A DNA stretch of 62,732 bases, the filler included, from Choristocarpus tenellus KU-1152 (taxonomy: Eukaryota > Protista > Phaeophyceae): NCBI GenBank assembly GCA_964200185.2. It is 9 parts of 9 records of this genome, joined end to end, with 100 filler letters (N's around TTAATTAATTAA, not from the genome) between each part and the next. Parts side by side here need not be neighbours in the genome. Positions count along the whole stretch, not along the records: positions 1 to 7,383 come from CAXNAD020006237.1; positions 7,484 to 23,582 come from CAXNAD020000879.1; 7 more parts are not named here. The stretch is one strand, 5' to 3'. The position numbers and the translations under genes are program-made. This document shows, in pieces, positions 1-11,516 of this stretch; the first letter of the stretch is position 1; each line of letters begins with the position of its first letter. The notes under the pieces are model-generated. The model saw nothing but the letters and a program-made list of their open reading frames with translations. It was not told the DNA's origin and ran no database searches.

Positions 1-2947
1 GGTCCTTAGAAGACAGCCAGGTCAGGTTACGTGTAGTAACTATGACACCGGTCAAAGTAAAAACGCGGTACGCATCACGGGGGTGATTGATCCCCGACCC
101 CAGGTAAAGACACCGTTGAGCCTTTTGGAAAGTCTTACAGGTTTTACTAAGACGGCAAAAACCAGGTTGAAGAAATTGGTAGGTGCAGGGGTTCCATACC
201 ACATTTCATATGGTGATTTACAACCAGGGTTAGAGCCGTGGTTGATGTGTGAATGAGCGAGTCACTAACATAGTGTTGAGCTTCAGTCCATAGGGAGTCT
301 GTCTTGGGAATAGTGACATGTGGAAAAAGTAGTGGAGCTTGAAGGCAGGCAGCTAATGAAGCTTCATTAATAATATCCAGCATTCGTTCAGCAACCCCAT
401 AAAATTGAGAGCTGTCTGCAGGTGTAACCTCCTGTCTCATCCCACGATCGCGACAAAGAGCGCCGAAAGCACCCTCATAAAATTTCCCCCTGTATCAGAC
501 CGCACACACATGACCCGAGAGGGAGTACCATCTGCCCGGATATCGGCCAGGTACTTCTTGAAGACTTTGGCAGCATCCGACTTAGCACAAGGAAATACAA
601 CCAAACATAACGAGAATAATCGTCCCGGATTATCATGGTGTATTGTTTACCACTGATTGAAAGGGTGGTCCTCTTCCCACTTAGATTGATAAAAACCCGA
701 TCCAGCTTTGTTACCACCCTTGAAGACGTGCTGGACCGGGTGCCCTTCTGTATGCCATTGCTCATAGAGCAGCCCGCACATGGCTCCAGCTCACCCACCA
801 ATGTAATGCCCATTGAAGTGGCGGTGGACTTGAGCAATGCCTCGTGTGCGTGGCTATAAGAGCGGTGGAAGATGTTAATGTCGATCTCCGTGTGGGGAGC
901 GTGGGGTGCAAGCGAGGGGGCTATAGTGGCCTTTCAAGCAACTTCAGCATTTCGACCTGGTCGCGGCAATATGTGTTGACCATGGAGGGTGTAATAGCAA
1001 CCAGGATCTCTTGTGAAGATAAGTATTCCATCTAACAAGGAGAATGTACTGGCTGTGCAAGTGCCTTTTGCGCTCTTATCAGCTGCTGCTTGGCAAGAAA
1101 AAAGATTGAATCCAAGATCGGGAACATGGGCGAAATTTTGAAGGAGTATTTCTACCTTCTTATTTGTCACGTGACGGAAACAAGATGGTTAGATTACCAT
1201 GACCAGTGATGCAAAAGGAATTTTGACTGGCAGTGACTACCCTTTTGTCTCCAACACAAGGCTTGTAATTTGTCATGTGGGTGATCATATTTGTCATGTG
1301 ACATGAAGTTGCACTGTCCAAAATCCATTCTTCTTTCTCGTGGCAAACCCCAACGCTTGACACCCAAACATTCGTTTTCCCCACACGTGCCTGGAGCATT
1401 GCTGCTCAGAGAGTTCTCTCTTCTTTCCCAGACTGCACCGTAATCATGAACACCGAAGTGCATGTTGTAGCATCATGGGCACGCCCACCACACTTGGTGC
1501 AAATGCGGTTTGGGCAAGCTGTCTTCTCATGTCCATGCTTTCCACATCTCTCACAACGAATCTTCTCAGAACGTTTAGGGTTAGAAGTAGAACCATTTTT
1601 CTTTCTTCCACCATGAAATTTATGTTCTACGCTGTGACCTTGGCCGTTGCGATGAGACTGAATCTTCTCTTGTGATGAGCTTTTAACAACCAAAGCATGG
1701 TTATTCTTCTGTCTTGAGTCCTTCCCCTGATGAAGGGAAGCATATCGCTCTCTAGCAGTTTTCTCTACGTCTGCTCGACATAGTGTCCTCTGCGAGGCCA
1801 TCATGCGTGTCTCAGTATCGTAATCTGATCCGAGAGCAATCAGGAACTGTAGGAGAAGCAACTTGTCCGAGATGACCAGGTCCATTGATAGCATCCTCCC
1901 CCGTAGCTCTTCCAAGTGATTTAAGGTCAGGATTGGATTCGCCCCGTCTTCACCTTTTAAGTGAAAAACTCACGGAATAAATGTTGGCTATTACCCACTG
2001 TATTAGGCATGAATCAATCATCTATTGCTCGGAAAAGCTCTCTCGGGCTTTGGTGTGTATAGCACAGTGCCCTGGTGCTGGGTGTGACAAGAGCTACAGT
2101 AAGTACATGATATGCCTCTTCGGCCATCCAGATATCATTCGCACTGAACCCGTCCGAGAGATGTTCTTCGTAGGAGTGTTCTTGATTGACTGGCCTTTCA
2201 CTTGTCAATGCATCCAAGCAGTGGGTATATCTGCAATGCACGATGAAACGCATCCGCCAGTCCCAGCAGTTCAAATCGTTCAAATAGTTTCGGTGGTTGG
2301 GTTCTTGATCTCTTTGTCGTAGGGCAAACAATATGTGCGCCTGACTCCAAGCTCTTCGAAGAACTGTACCTCCGGCTCGCCCCACTTCTGACGCTCACAG
2401 CATCCAAACTGTTTTCCCTCTCTGGGAAATTTTTCCCTTAATGTGGGTTACATAGGACCCACTTCGACTGGTACGTGTCCAGCTGGAGGCCATGTGCTGG
2501 GCACAGCGGAAGGAAAGTATCTTAGAGGGTACGAATTTTGCCCTGTTTGTCCATTTGAGACTTCGCTTCAGTTTTTTTTAATGATATTTTACCTACTGTG
2601 AAACATTTTGGAGTAGGTAAAATGTATATGTTATGAAAAGGTGTGTCCGAACAAGGATATTTACACTTCCTATCAAACACGATAGTCAAAATTACGTCAA
2701 AATCGCAACATAGGGTTTTGGCCCCCAAATGGATGCAGCTCTACCCTTTAAGATACTTTGACTTAGCGGCCTGGACGACGAGATGATTTCTGTCGCTGAC
2801 TCTTTTAGACTGAACCATGAGATTGCCAACGTTTCTTGACAACTCTACTACTGTCGCCATAAGCTGTCTGAATTCTTGGACAGATGGGCTCTCGGAAGGA
2901 CCAGGTTCCCGCAATTCTTTAATTGCATCTCCTTGTTGTGTAGACAT
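1..2947 (-). pseudogene. copia gag-pol pseudogene
   Basis: Probable start MSTQQGDAIKEL at 2947. The frame reads through (HLVVQAA|VPSTWPP) once the MITE and one AGCG copy are removed, and is fragmented further downstream. Confidence 0.8.
2509..2764. mobile_element. MITE family A (~255 bp; TIR core AAAGTATCTTAGAGGGTA; 4-bp TSD AGCG)
   Basis: TIRs gaaggaaagtatcttagagggta / taccctttaagatactttgactt. AGCG lies at 2505-2508 and 2765-2768. Four more copies occur in the window. Confidence 0.9.
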
Positions 2948-2987
2948 GATGAAATGATGGGTTAGAAACCTAAGGTTCAATATATTG

Positions 2988-3250
2988 TGTTAAAGTATCT
3001 CCCAAATCATCAAAGAGGACAAAGGTGATAAACCCAACGAGATTGCTTGGTGTCTGTAGAGTGATTAAAGATAAGTGGGGCATGCAGCACCCCATAAAAT
3101 CAGAAATATTTCCTTTTATATGAAATTTTTTCTCATACAACTAATCACTACTAAAAGGTTCTGCTAGCTCAACCACTAATTGATTGTTCCTTTATTCCAT
3201 ACATATTTTACCGTAACTGTCCGATAGAGTTGGAAGAGTCTAATCGAACA
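2988..3250 (-). repeat. 5' LTR of the copia element (TGTT...AACA)
   Basis: Bounded by tgttaaagtatc and ctaatcgaaca. The same boundaries are shared with copies at 7484-7522 and 62636-62730. It lies immediately upstream of the gag start on the - strand. Confidence 0.75.
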
Positions 3251-6200
3251 ACATGGTCATTGAAATGATGCTGCTTTGCAGGGTAGGTACCTACCTTTTG
3301 TTTGTGGTCCTACTATCGCGCGTCTGGAAAGCGCGCGCAAGAAATGAAAAGGTTGTGTAGACAGATTAGGGTAACGGGTTCCGGACTGGTAACGAAGATA
3401 CACCCCTGAGGATACTGAACGCAAAGCAAGTCAATGAACACCCCAATCCTCAACCCTCTCCTGTGTGTGTTACTAAGTGCAAGGAAAGAAAATGGCAATA
3501 TGTAATTAAAACAATGCCTGGGTCCACTCCGGAAAAGTGAGGAGATTAACAAGGTTGATGTCTTCCAATCCATCATGGCGTGACAACGAATCTATGTAGC
3601 CAAGAGGCAGATAGGGACAGATAATAAGAATATGGAGGATGCTTGGTGGTGTGAGGTGTGAAATGTCTAGAAACCAGAATAAATGAGGACGGCGTTCATT
3701 TTAACGTAAAAAAAGAGGATGTTCATATTTGTTTCTATTTTTGGACGATATAATACATACTTGGTGGATATACAAAAATAAAGAAAGCCATACGACAATA
3801 GTAGTACCGTATTGTATGGTAGATTGTGTTTCCACACGCATCATGGAGGACCAAGGGCCCCTTCTTGGAAGGTTGCGAACGGAGGAGCTGTGTCAGCCAT
3901 TCTTGCCTCAACTCGGCTAATTATTGCTATGACCCAACCCACGTTAAGTAGGCGTGAATTTTCGCGACTCCACAACGAGGGGCTAGAGCCCTTCCCGTTG
4001 TCTGGACAGTCGATAGGGTTGTCTGAGAGTCCTGACCCTGTGGGCAGAAGTCTGTGGAATTATGTTGAGGTGCGATGCAAGCTAATGTCCCGTCTAGGTC
4101 GATTATGAATTGGACAGTGTGAGGTAATCGAAATGCCACACCGTTTCCACATTCGGTTGCGTAACCCCTAGTCAGTCCTTTTGTTTGAATCCTCGAAGAC
4201 ATACGCTGGACGAACACCAGCTGTTGAAGCTTGATAATAGTTACGATGTTGGAGCTGTGCCATGCCCGCTCTCCGTACAGGACAACGAGAGGTACGGATC
4301 TCGGAAGCGGAAGCACGAGGAAAGTCTCAATGATGACTTCCTCGCGATGTTGAAGGTACGGAGTATGAGGGCTATATCAAGATGAGTCTGATCTGCATTC
4401 CAACTCTATGCGCTGTTGCGGGGTGTTTACTTCTTTCGCCCCTTGGCTTTATCGAATTGATATCGTATATATTGGAAGGTCACGTCTGACGAGATAGCGG
4501 GGTTGTTTACGGTTGCTCATTGCCATCGTCATTCCCCTGAATTGGTATGATTTCCGACTTCATTTCATTATGGTGATATCAAGAAACTACTGTCTCGTAA
4601 ATCACGATAGCCTATGCACTATCCTGCAGACTATTGGGAATATTGCAATATGAGATACTAACGCTGTCGGTCTGACGATCTATATGTGATTGCCTCTGAT
4701 CAGGATGAGGGCTTGGAGGGCATGGCCTTGGAGGTTGGAACCTTGCAGGGAGGGCAAATTGCTCCTCTTCAGGGCAATTCAGAATCAGGTGGTGATTCTA
4801 TTATTCTCCCGTTTGAATTTGTTAGAGCTTTCAACGACCAGTGCAGTATATGAGGCCTTACCTCACCCCACACAGTATCTAGAGTGACGGCATCGCACAG
4901 TTTGACTTGGATACAGCTGATTGTTGCTAACATATTCGGTCACCCCCTGGAATATTACCTATAATTTGCAATAGTAGTGCTGCCACCAAATGATCGGGGT
5001 CTTTTGTGGAGCCCCCTTCGTCACACTCCCCCCACCATGCCCTTTGTGTTGATATTGCAGCACCTACATTGCCGTTTCTTACAAATGGCTCATCATCCAC
5101 AGCAGCAGCATACGTGACGTCAACTGCAGCAGCTTCGTTCTCGTCAAGTCCCACAGCCCTCGTAATGGCTCCACTTGTGAATTCGACAGGGTTGAGGTTC
5201 CCACCAAATTTTGAGTCCTCATCCAAGCAACAATCGTCTGGCAGGAGTGCCGTGCTCCCGCCACCGACGCCTGTGCCCCCACCACCCTGCCGTCGAAATT
5301 TGCGGAGCTCATGTGGAAGTCGAGTTTTTGAGTCAGTGGACACGTGAGCATTGAGTGACTGCGCAGTTGTGTCTCTTGAAGAGAAGTTGTCTGTTCCGAG
5401 GAGGGAGGTTGAGTCTTCAAAGCTTTCCTGGACATTTCTGGTGTCTGCATCAGTGGCAGGCCTTATCTTTACTTTTACGTTTTATATACGTTGTGTGTGT
5501 GTTTGGCTTACCCTTTGCCATAAGTTGTAACTGTTGTGCTGTGGGCATTTCACCCCCTCGATAATTGGGCACCTGTGCCTTGACTGTGTAATTGGGTGGG
5601 TTGACAATTGAACTGATGAAGCAAGGGCAGCTGCAGGATACGGTTCATGGATCAAAAAATGGTCCACATGCTGCGCTTGATCTTCGTCCACCCCTCCTCC
5701 CCTCCTGTCCCTTACAAAAGTACATGTTCAAAGAAACAGGTCCTACAGGTTTGTTGCGACTAGAGCAGGCTTTTTCTTTTGGACTGGTGGAATGTTCTTA
5801 CCCTGGCTATCTTTTGTTCCCTTGCGCAAATGCAGGAAGCCCCCTCCTGCCAAGAGAGCGAAGAAGGTGGAGGTGAAGCCCAGCAAGGGCCTGAGGCACT
5901 TCAGCATGATGGTAAGCAACTAGGAAGCACCTTGTAGAAACTACTTGATAACCAAGGGTTGCGATGGGGTTCGTGTACGTTTTTGTGTTTTGCCAGAGGG
6001 GTGAGTGGGGTGAGGTAGGGGTAGCTGCAGATGTTGAGTGTGCCTAGTTGAGGGGCACCTGCGGCAGTTTTAACAGCGAGTTCCACTGCAAGTTCAATGG
6101 ACAGTACATCAGGGAGTGCTGGAGCAGTCACAATTGGAGGGCTTGGTGCTGGTGTAGCCTCCACCCCGTCTCCTGATGTCACCACAGCTGCTTGAGCACA

Positions 6201-7261
6201 ACCTGTTATAGTGTCTACTGAGCTTGGTGCGGAACTCATTGTTGAACTTTTGAATATCACCTCAGGACTGGGTGCCCTCACTGCTGGAGGTGTCTGCTGG
6301 GATTCTACATCTACCATCCAAATCGTTGAACCCCCTAAGATGATACTGAGGCCACAGGGTGCAAGCTCACATATTTATGTGGGTAGAGTGGCCTGCGTCA
6401 TCCCGTGCTGCAAAATCAAAGAAATGTTATCCCTTCTTTTCAGCAAATGTTGTGAGATTGGTGACCTTGGTAGTGCTAGTCATTCTGTGTACTCTCTGGT
6501 ATTATTCAGGACTCATTTTGTCACTCAGCACAGTGTCCAAGGAGTATCAGGGTTGCTACGGGGTGTTGATGTATGCTGCTTGGACCACACGTGAAATGTG
6601 ATCTATGGTGTGCCTTGATGGAGGACAGGGTATGACTCGGTGTGAATGTGTGTAACTGTTTAGAGCTACAAGTTCCTTCTGGTCTCATTCCTTTTTCTGA
6701 ATTAGGGGGGGACTACAGTGACAAGTTGCTTGCGCTCTCATTTCTTTTGACTGAATGAGCGGGGCTGAGAGGACCTGTTGCTGTTCCTATAATCCTACAA
6801 TGGGGGATTCGCCATCGTCCACACCAACTACTCACGAATCACTTCCTTGCTTGTTTCCAGTACGTCTAGCGTACCTAGATCAGAACGCTACTCACATGAC
6901 ATTGGCCAATGATGTTACACGTCATATACACAGACAGAACGCTCTTGTCAGATACAACACCAATGTCTTGGTAGATCCATCGCTCGGCTGTACCTCGAAC
7001 TGTACCTCCTGTTGTCTTGTCCACCAGCGGTGTGAGTAGAGTGCATCAGCAGTAATGTCCACGAACAACAACTCCCAAAACCCTAGCTTCTTCAAAGGTA
7101 CACCCTTTTTTGGCTCGAGCCGCTCTAGACTGTGCCGGTTGTCCTTTGCCCTCTTCCACTGTTATTTATCCCTCCCTGTGGTAGTATGCATGCGATGGCA
7201 GCAACAATCTCCTAATTCATTCTTTTCTCCTCAACTCCCAACTTATCCGTTCTGGCTGCTG

Positions 7262-7312
<51 letters not shown>

Positions 7313-7383
7313 ACCCACCCGGGGGCGCCCGCGCGGCGGGGGGCCGGGGCGGGCGGGACCAGTCAAAAAAAAAAAAAAAAAAA

Positions 7384-7483
7384 NNNNNNNNNNNNNNNNN
7401 NNNNNNNNNNNNNNNNNNNNNNNNNNNTTAATTAATTAANNNNNNNNNNNNNNNNNNNNNNNNNNNNNNNNNNNNNNNNNNNN
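7384..7483. other. Artificial contig spacer N44-TTAATTAATTAA-N44
   Basis: An identical 100-nt linker with stops in all six frames occurs 8 times. Confidence 0.98.
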
Positions 7484-7522
7484 CGTAACTGTCCGATAGA
7501 GTTGGAAGAGTCTAATCGAACA
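7484..7522 (-). repeat. Terminal fragment of the copia LTR at a contig edge
   Basis: cgtaactgtccgatagagttggaagagtctaatcgaaca is identical to 3212-3250. Confidence 0.85.
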
Positions 7523-8612
7523 GAAGCCTGGTCACGGTGGGTGAAGGGCGAACCGGGGTGGCCACCCGAAGGGAAGATTGGCAAGAGAGCAATGCGACTG
7601 CGTGCCATTGCACTCAGGAAACGCGTAAACGAAAACCCGGGTGTAGAATATCTTAGTAGTTGACAGTTGCAGCAGGCCCTGGCTGTTTAGAAGCTATGGG
7701 ACCCGGAGTGGCTTATGGAAACGAGAAAGAAGGTGTCAGGGTTGGGCTACAAGGGCTCTGAAGTCTGAAAGAAGATCGAAAGGGCTCGCAAGGCGGGGGA
7801 GAAAGCGATCGTAACAAAGGCAGCCGTGGAAACTTTTCGATACCACCAAATCCTTTACTTCGAAGAGGTCACGAAGTAGGTGGAGGTAGAAATTGATAAA
7901 ATATGCCAGGGAAGAAGAGGAGGTGAGATTGAGACTATTTGCACACCGATGGTTTGGAAGTCTCCTACTCCTTGCAAGACGCCGTACATTTACTCTTGTT
8001 CCTGGACTTAGGGTTGGACGTATGAAGTTGATTGAGCCTTTCTCCCAGCCTGTTGCATTCATTTGAGAAATCACACAAGAAGAAAGGGTGGGGAGGCTTT
8101 TTTTCCCGGCTAAACCCTACACTTTAATCAAGTAATAGCGCATCTGATACCACTCTTGTTGACCTACAATCCAGGGTTCGAACCCTAATAAGAGCTCTCT
8201 TTATTCAAAAAAATAAAATAATGGCGAAAAAACAACGAAGCCCCGTAGTCTGGAGGGCCTTGTGAGGGGAATCACGACCATGCTTTATTTTTTTGTAATC
8301 CGATATCTACATCAAAGGCTTAATGGGACAACCCCAGAGGGTGAAGCTACTGGAACCACTATACTAAGCCAATCGAAACGGGAGAAAAGTTTATCCATTC
8401 ATTGTAATGTAGACCAACGAAGGCAATTTATTTATGGAAAGCAGGTGTGTTTATCGTCATACCGTATGCCATAAACCGATATATCATTCGAGGTTCTTTT
8501 GTGGTACCTTCTGTTCAACGGTGGAGGATCTTTGGAAGGACAGATTTCCATGACTTCCCATGAAGTCTCTTCATGCATGCAGATGGGGACATCACACGCA
8601 GGTCATGTGACA
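7523..8612 (-). mobile_element. Probable 5' end of a tRNA-Met-primed LTR retrotransposon (LTR ~8157-8612, PBS 8143-8152)
   Basis: TGGTATCAGA (canonical initiator-Met PBS) on the - strand lies 4 nt from a CA terminus. A - strand AATAAA is near 8200 and a candidate TG start is at 8612. No pol motifs were seen. Confidence 0.5.
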
Positions 8613-10471
8613 ACAAAAGCACCAGGATGAGCATGTTTTTCGAAGGCGGATCTCAAGTCTCTGAGATGTTTCTTTTCTGAACCCCATCTGATCCGTGATC
8701 TTCCCTACTTCCTCAGACCTTGTCTATTTGTCCAACCTTAATCTCTTCAACTCAGTTAGGCTTTGTCTTTGTCCATTTGGTCCGTCTCTTGCCTGGTGAT
8801 TCACTTCACCACCCTTGACTGAGTGAACTACACCACCACAGTATCATACTTTTTCACCTATATTTCTAGAATAGAGCAGGAATTATCACCTTTTCCGTTC
8901 TTGAACCAAAAAAATATTAATTATTAAATCGGTCTATATTTTAATAGTATGTCCAAGTTAAATGTCCTGTGCACCTTGTGTTCTCCCAAAAGGCCTTAGT
9001 TGTATTATATATAATGTCCACTTCCCTCCATCCCTTCTTTGTTGGGGCGGTTTTGATGGGGGCTTAGACTAGAAAGGTGTCCACCTTGCCGCCACCATAC
9101 CACCCCATTCATTTTTGCCTGTGCCTGCTGATCTAACCTTTGACACCTTGCCCCTGACGTGCCACATGAGGAGCAGCCACTGACAGAAAGAGTAGAGCAA
9201 ATTATTTCAAGAGTCTTAGTGCCTTGCTTGCTTACAAGTTCATTGGACCAGGCACTCAGGGAACCTATCCTGTCAGAGTGAGAACTATAGACAAATTTAT
9301 AAATGTCGAATTGGAAAGAGCCCATCGATAGACAAGGAAAGGTGGACAAAACAAGTAGTTGATGAATATGTTTGTATTTGTCCAGCAAAACAAGGTAGGC
9401 ACCGACCAAGGGAAGATGGTCGCAGCAGTACATTATTGTACACAAAGCCAGGTGGGAGTTTCCAATGAATCATTTCATTGTGACAGCTGAAAGCAAGTTT
9501 GTGATCACACAGAACCACAAGAAGTATGTTTAAGAGCAAGCAAATTCGCAGACGTTTGTCGTGGGCAATGCTGCTGAAGGGCAAGGTAGTCATTATTGAC
9601 AAATGGGGAAGAGGGGGAAGAGTGTTGTGGCTGGGTCTAGCCCTAACTCAACAACTTCCTATGCAGACCATTTGAGCTAATTCCAAACAGGAAGGGCTTA
9701 GTACGCCTGCGTTTCTGTCTGACATGTGCGTTTTTAATGGCCAACTTAAACTGCCCATTGTCTAACTCACCAAAAAAAATGTAGATAGGGTAGACGTTGG
9801 GTCAACGCTTAAATTGGGGACCAGAATTGGCAAAATAGGGGCAGTTGTAAGTTGCACCATGGAAAGACAGGATCAATGGTAAGGAATAAATGGGGGGCCT
9901 GAGAGGCAGGGCAGGACAGGGGGGAGTCGTTGAGATGCTAAGTGAGATGATGGGGCATGGACAAGAGTGTATCACCAGATAGTTCACCCATGGTATATTA
10001 AGACAAGGGTAGGTTCAATGCATATGTGTGGATGGGGGAGCTAAGCAACAGTTACTCTCCACATGATACTTAAGCAAAGCATGTGGTCCAAAGTGAAGTG
10101 AATACGCCCTACACACATGGAGGGATAGGGGGGGGCAACAATGTTAGCATCAGAAGGTGAGGAAGGCCAGCATACAGCAAGTAGGAGGACGTGGAATTCA
10201 GTTTCAATGTAGAAGATGTATGTTGGAAGGAGTATGGAAGAGTCTGAAACAGTGTCAAGGGCTCTACAGAGAGACAGAGGGGCATCCTAACATACCGCTA
10301 CCAGGACAGCATGTAAGGTGGGGACAGAAAATATGAACTTGTAAGAGGAGGGAAGGCCAACCAACCTGCTACACCCCATACAGGAGAGTCAGCATGGAGA
10401 TATTCGTTCATCCTCTCTACTAACCCGAGCTGGTGTTGTAGGTGGTCAAATATGTAGTAGGTAGGAAGGAC

Positions 10472-10711
10472 AGAAGTTGGTATCTAGTAGATAAGGCTTT
10501 TGCTTCTTTCTCTAGTATATTAACGACAACTATTCTCTTGCAAGCGCTTTATCAGGTTCCTTATATTTATATTTTACTTGGATTCTTTGCAGCATTTGCT
10601 ACTACTGCTGCAACTTATGTAGTTACTGAAAGTTGGCTTCTTGCTCATTCAATAAAAAACAATAAAGGAAAAATACTTTCAATTTATATGATTTGCTTAT
10701 ATTCTGTTTCA
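10472..10711 (+). pseudogene. Fragment of a bacterial-type MFS transporter (YcaD-like)
   Basis: KAFASFSSILTTTILLQAL...YVVTESWLLAHSIKNNKGKILSIYMICLY matches the pattern AFA...ESWL...RG.ILS.YM seen in YcaD-like MFS proteins. About 30% GC by hand count, A/T-ending codons, no introns. Confidence 0.72.
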
Positions 10712-11516
10712 AATCCTACCATACAAAGGTCTCTGATTTCACCACTGCTGGGGTTGTTTGTGTTTGTCAACACGGATTGAAATCTTCAATAGCAAGGTCT
10801 ACTCTCCACAAGGAAACCTGCTAACCTGATGGTAACTACCCCCCACTCTGATTTGTCCATTTGTGTAATACCATTTTTGCGAGTGTACATCTCGTCACGG
10901 TTGTTAGTATTTTTTTTAGCAAGTGTACACATCTTGACGGTTGTTCCTGGTGCTAATAACAGCCGATTTCAAAAATTGAGGATGGGGCTTTTCACTGAGG
11001 ATGGGCTTGACCCAAAATTGACTGGGATAAAGTGTCGATATGTTTTTTTTGTAATGTTTAATGCTAGAACCCAAGTGATGTGTAAGTATGTCCTGCATCA
11101 TTGGTTTGTCCCACATTAACATTTGGTTGATGGCTACTTGTTCATCCTTGTTGTGTTACTACACGTCGTCAACTTGGGTTATTTTTTGTGGAGTGTACAC
11201 ATATTCACGCTTGCTCCGAATAGTGTTTATATCCTACTACTATTATCCTTATTTTCTTTTTCGGTGTTCAAACTTGATGTTGATATTACTATGTAGAGGT
11301 TTAGAGCGTTTATGTATTGTATGTTGTTGGTGAAAAGCTTTCCACAATTTATGCACCTTAATGCATCGATCAGTGCGACTATACCTTCAACAGGTGGTGT
11401 GATTGCGCCTTTGTCCGCGTAATTTCAGGGAGATTATAAAGTTAGGGTCCTTGTATTTGCTTGCCTTTTCAATGTAAAGCAGACAAAGTACTCCTTCATA
11501 ATTTGCACCACTACAG

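Larger units (their letters stand above)
1..3250 (-). mobile_element. Degenerate Ty1/copia LTR retrotransposon (5' LTR, gag, protease, GAG-pre-integrase, integrase), truncated at window start and interrupted by a MITE
   Basis: Minus-strand ORF pieces fall in copia order: two CCHC knuckles (CERCGKHGHEKTAC, CTKCGGRAHDATTC; 1406-1915), protease WILDSATSCHMT (1160-1399), 'AHVPDLGFNLFS' (934-1170), pre-integrase CAGC and integrase 'RDDYSRYVWLYFL' (475-837), and 'GVAERM...LWTEA' (147-440). Many frameshifts and stops. Confidence 0.93.

Noticed and set aside
2988-3000. LTR end tgttAAAGTATCT as another MITE terminus
   Set aside because: The match is only 9 nt with no partner TIR or MITE interior. Shared TGTT...AACA boundaries fit an LTR better.
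7055-7383. Poly-proline ORF (also 26460-27335 and 51384-51715)
   Set aside because: It derives from poly-C/G tracts and low-quality sequence next to gaps.
7384-7483. Recurrent TTAATTAATTAA palindrome inside N runs (8 times) as a biological motif
   Set aside because: An identical 100-nt construct with six-frame stops, i.e. a contig-joining linker. Any gene-neighbourhood inference across these spacers was also rejected.
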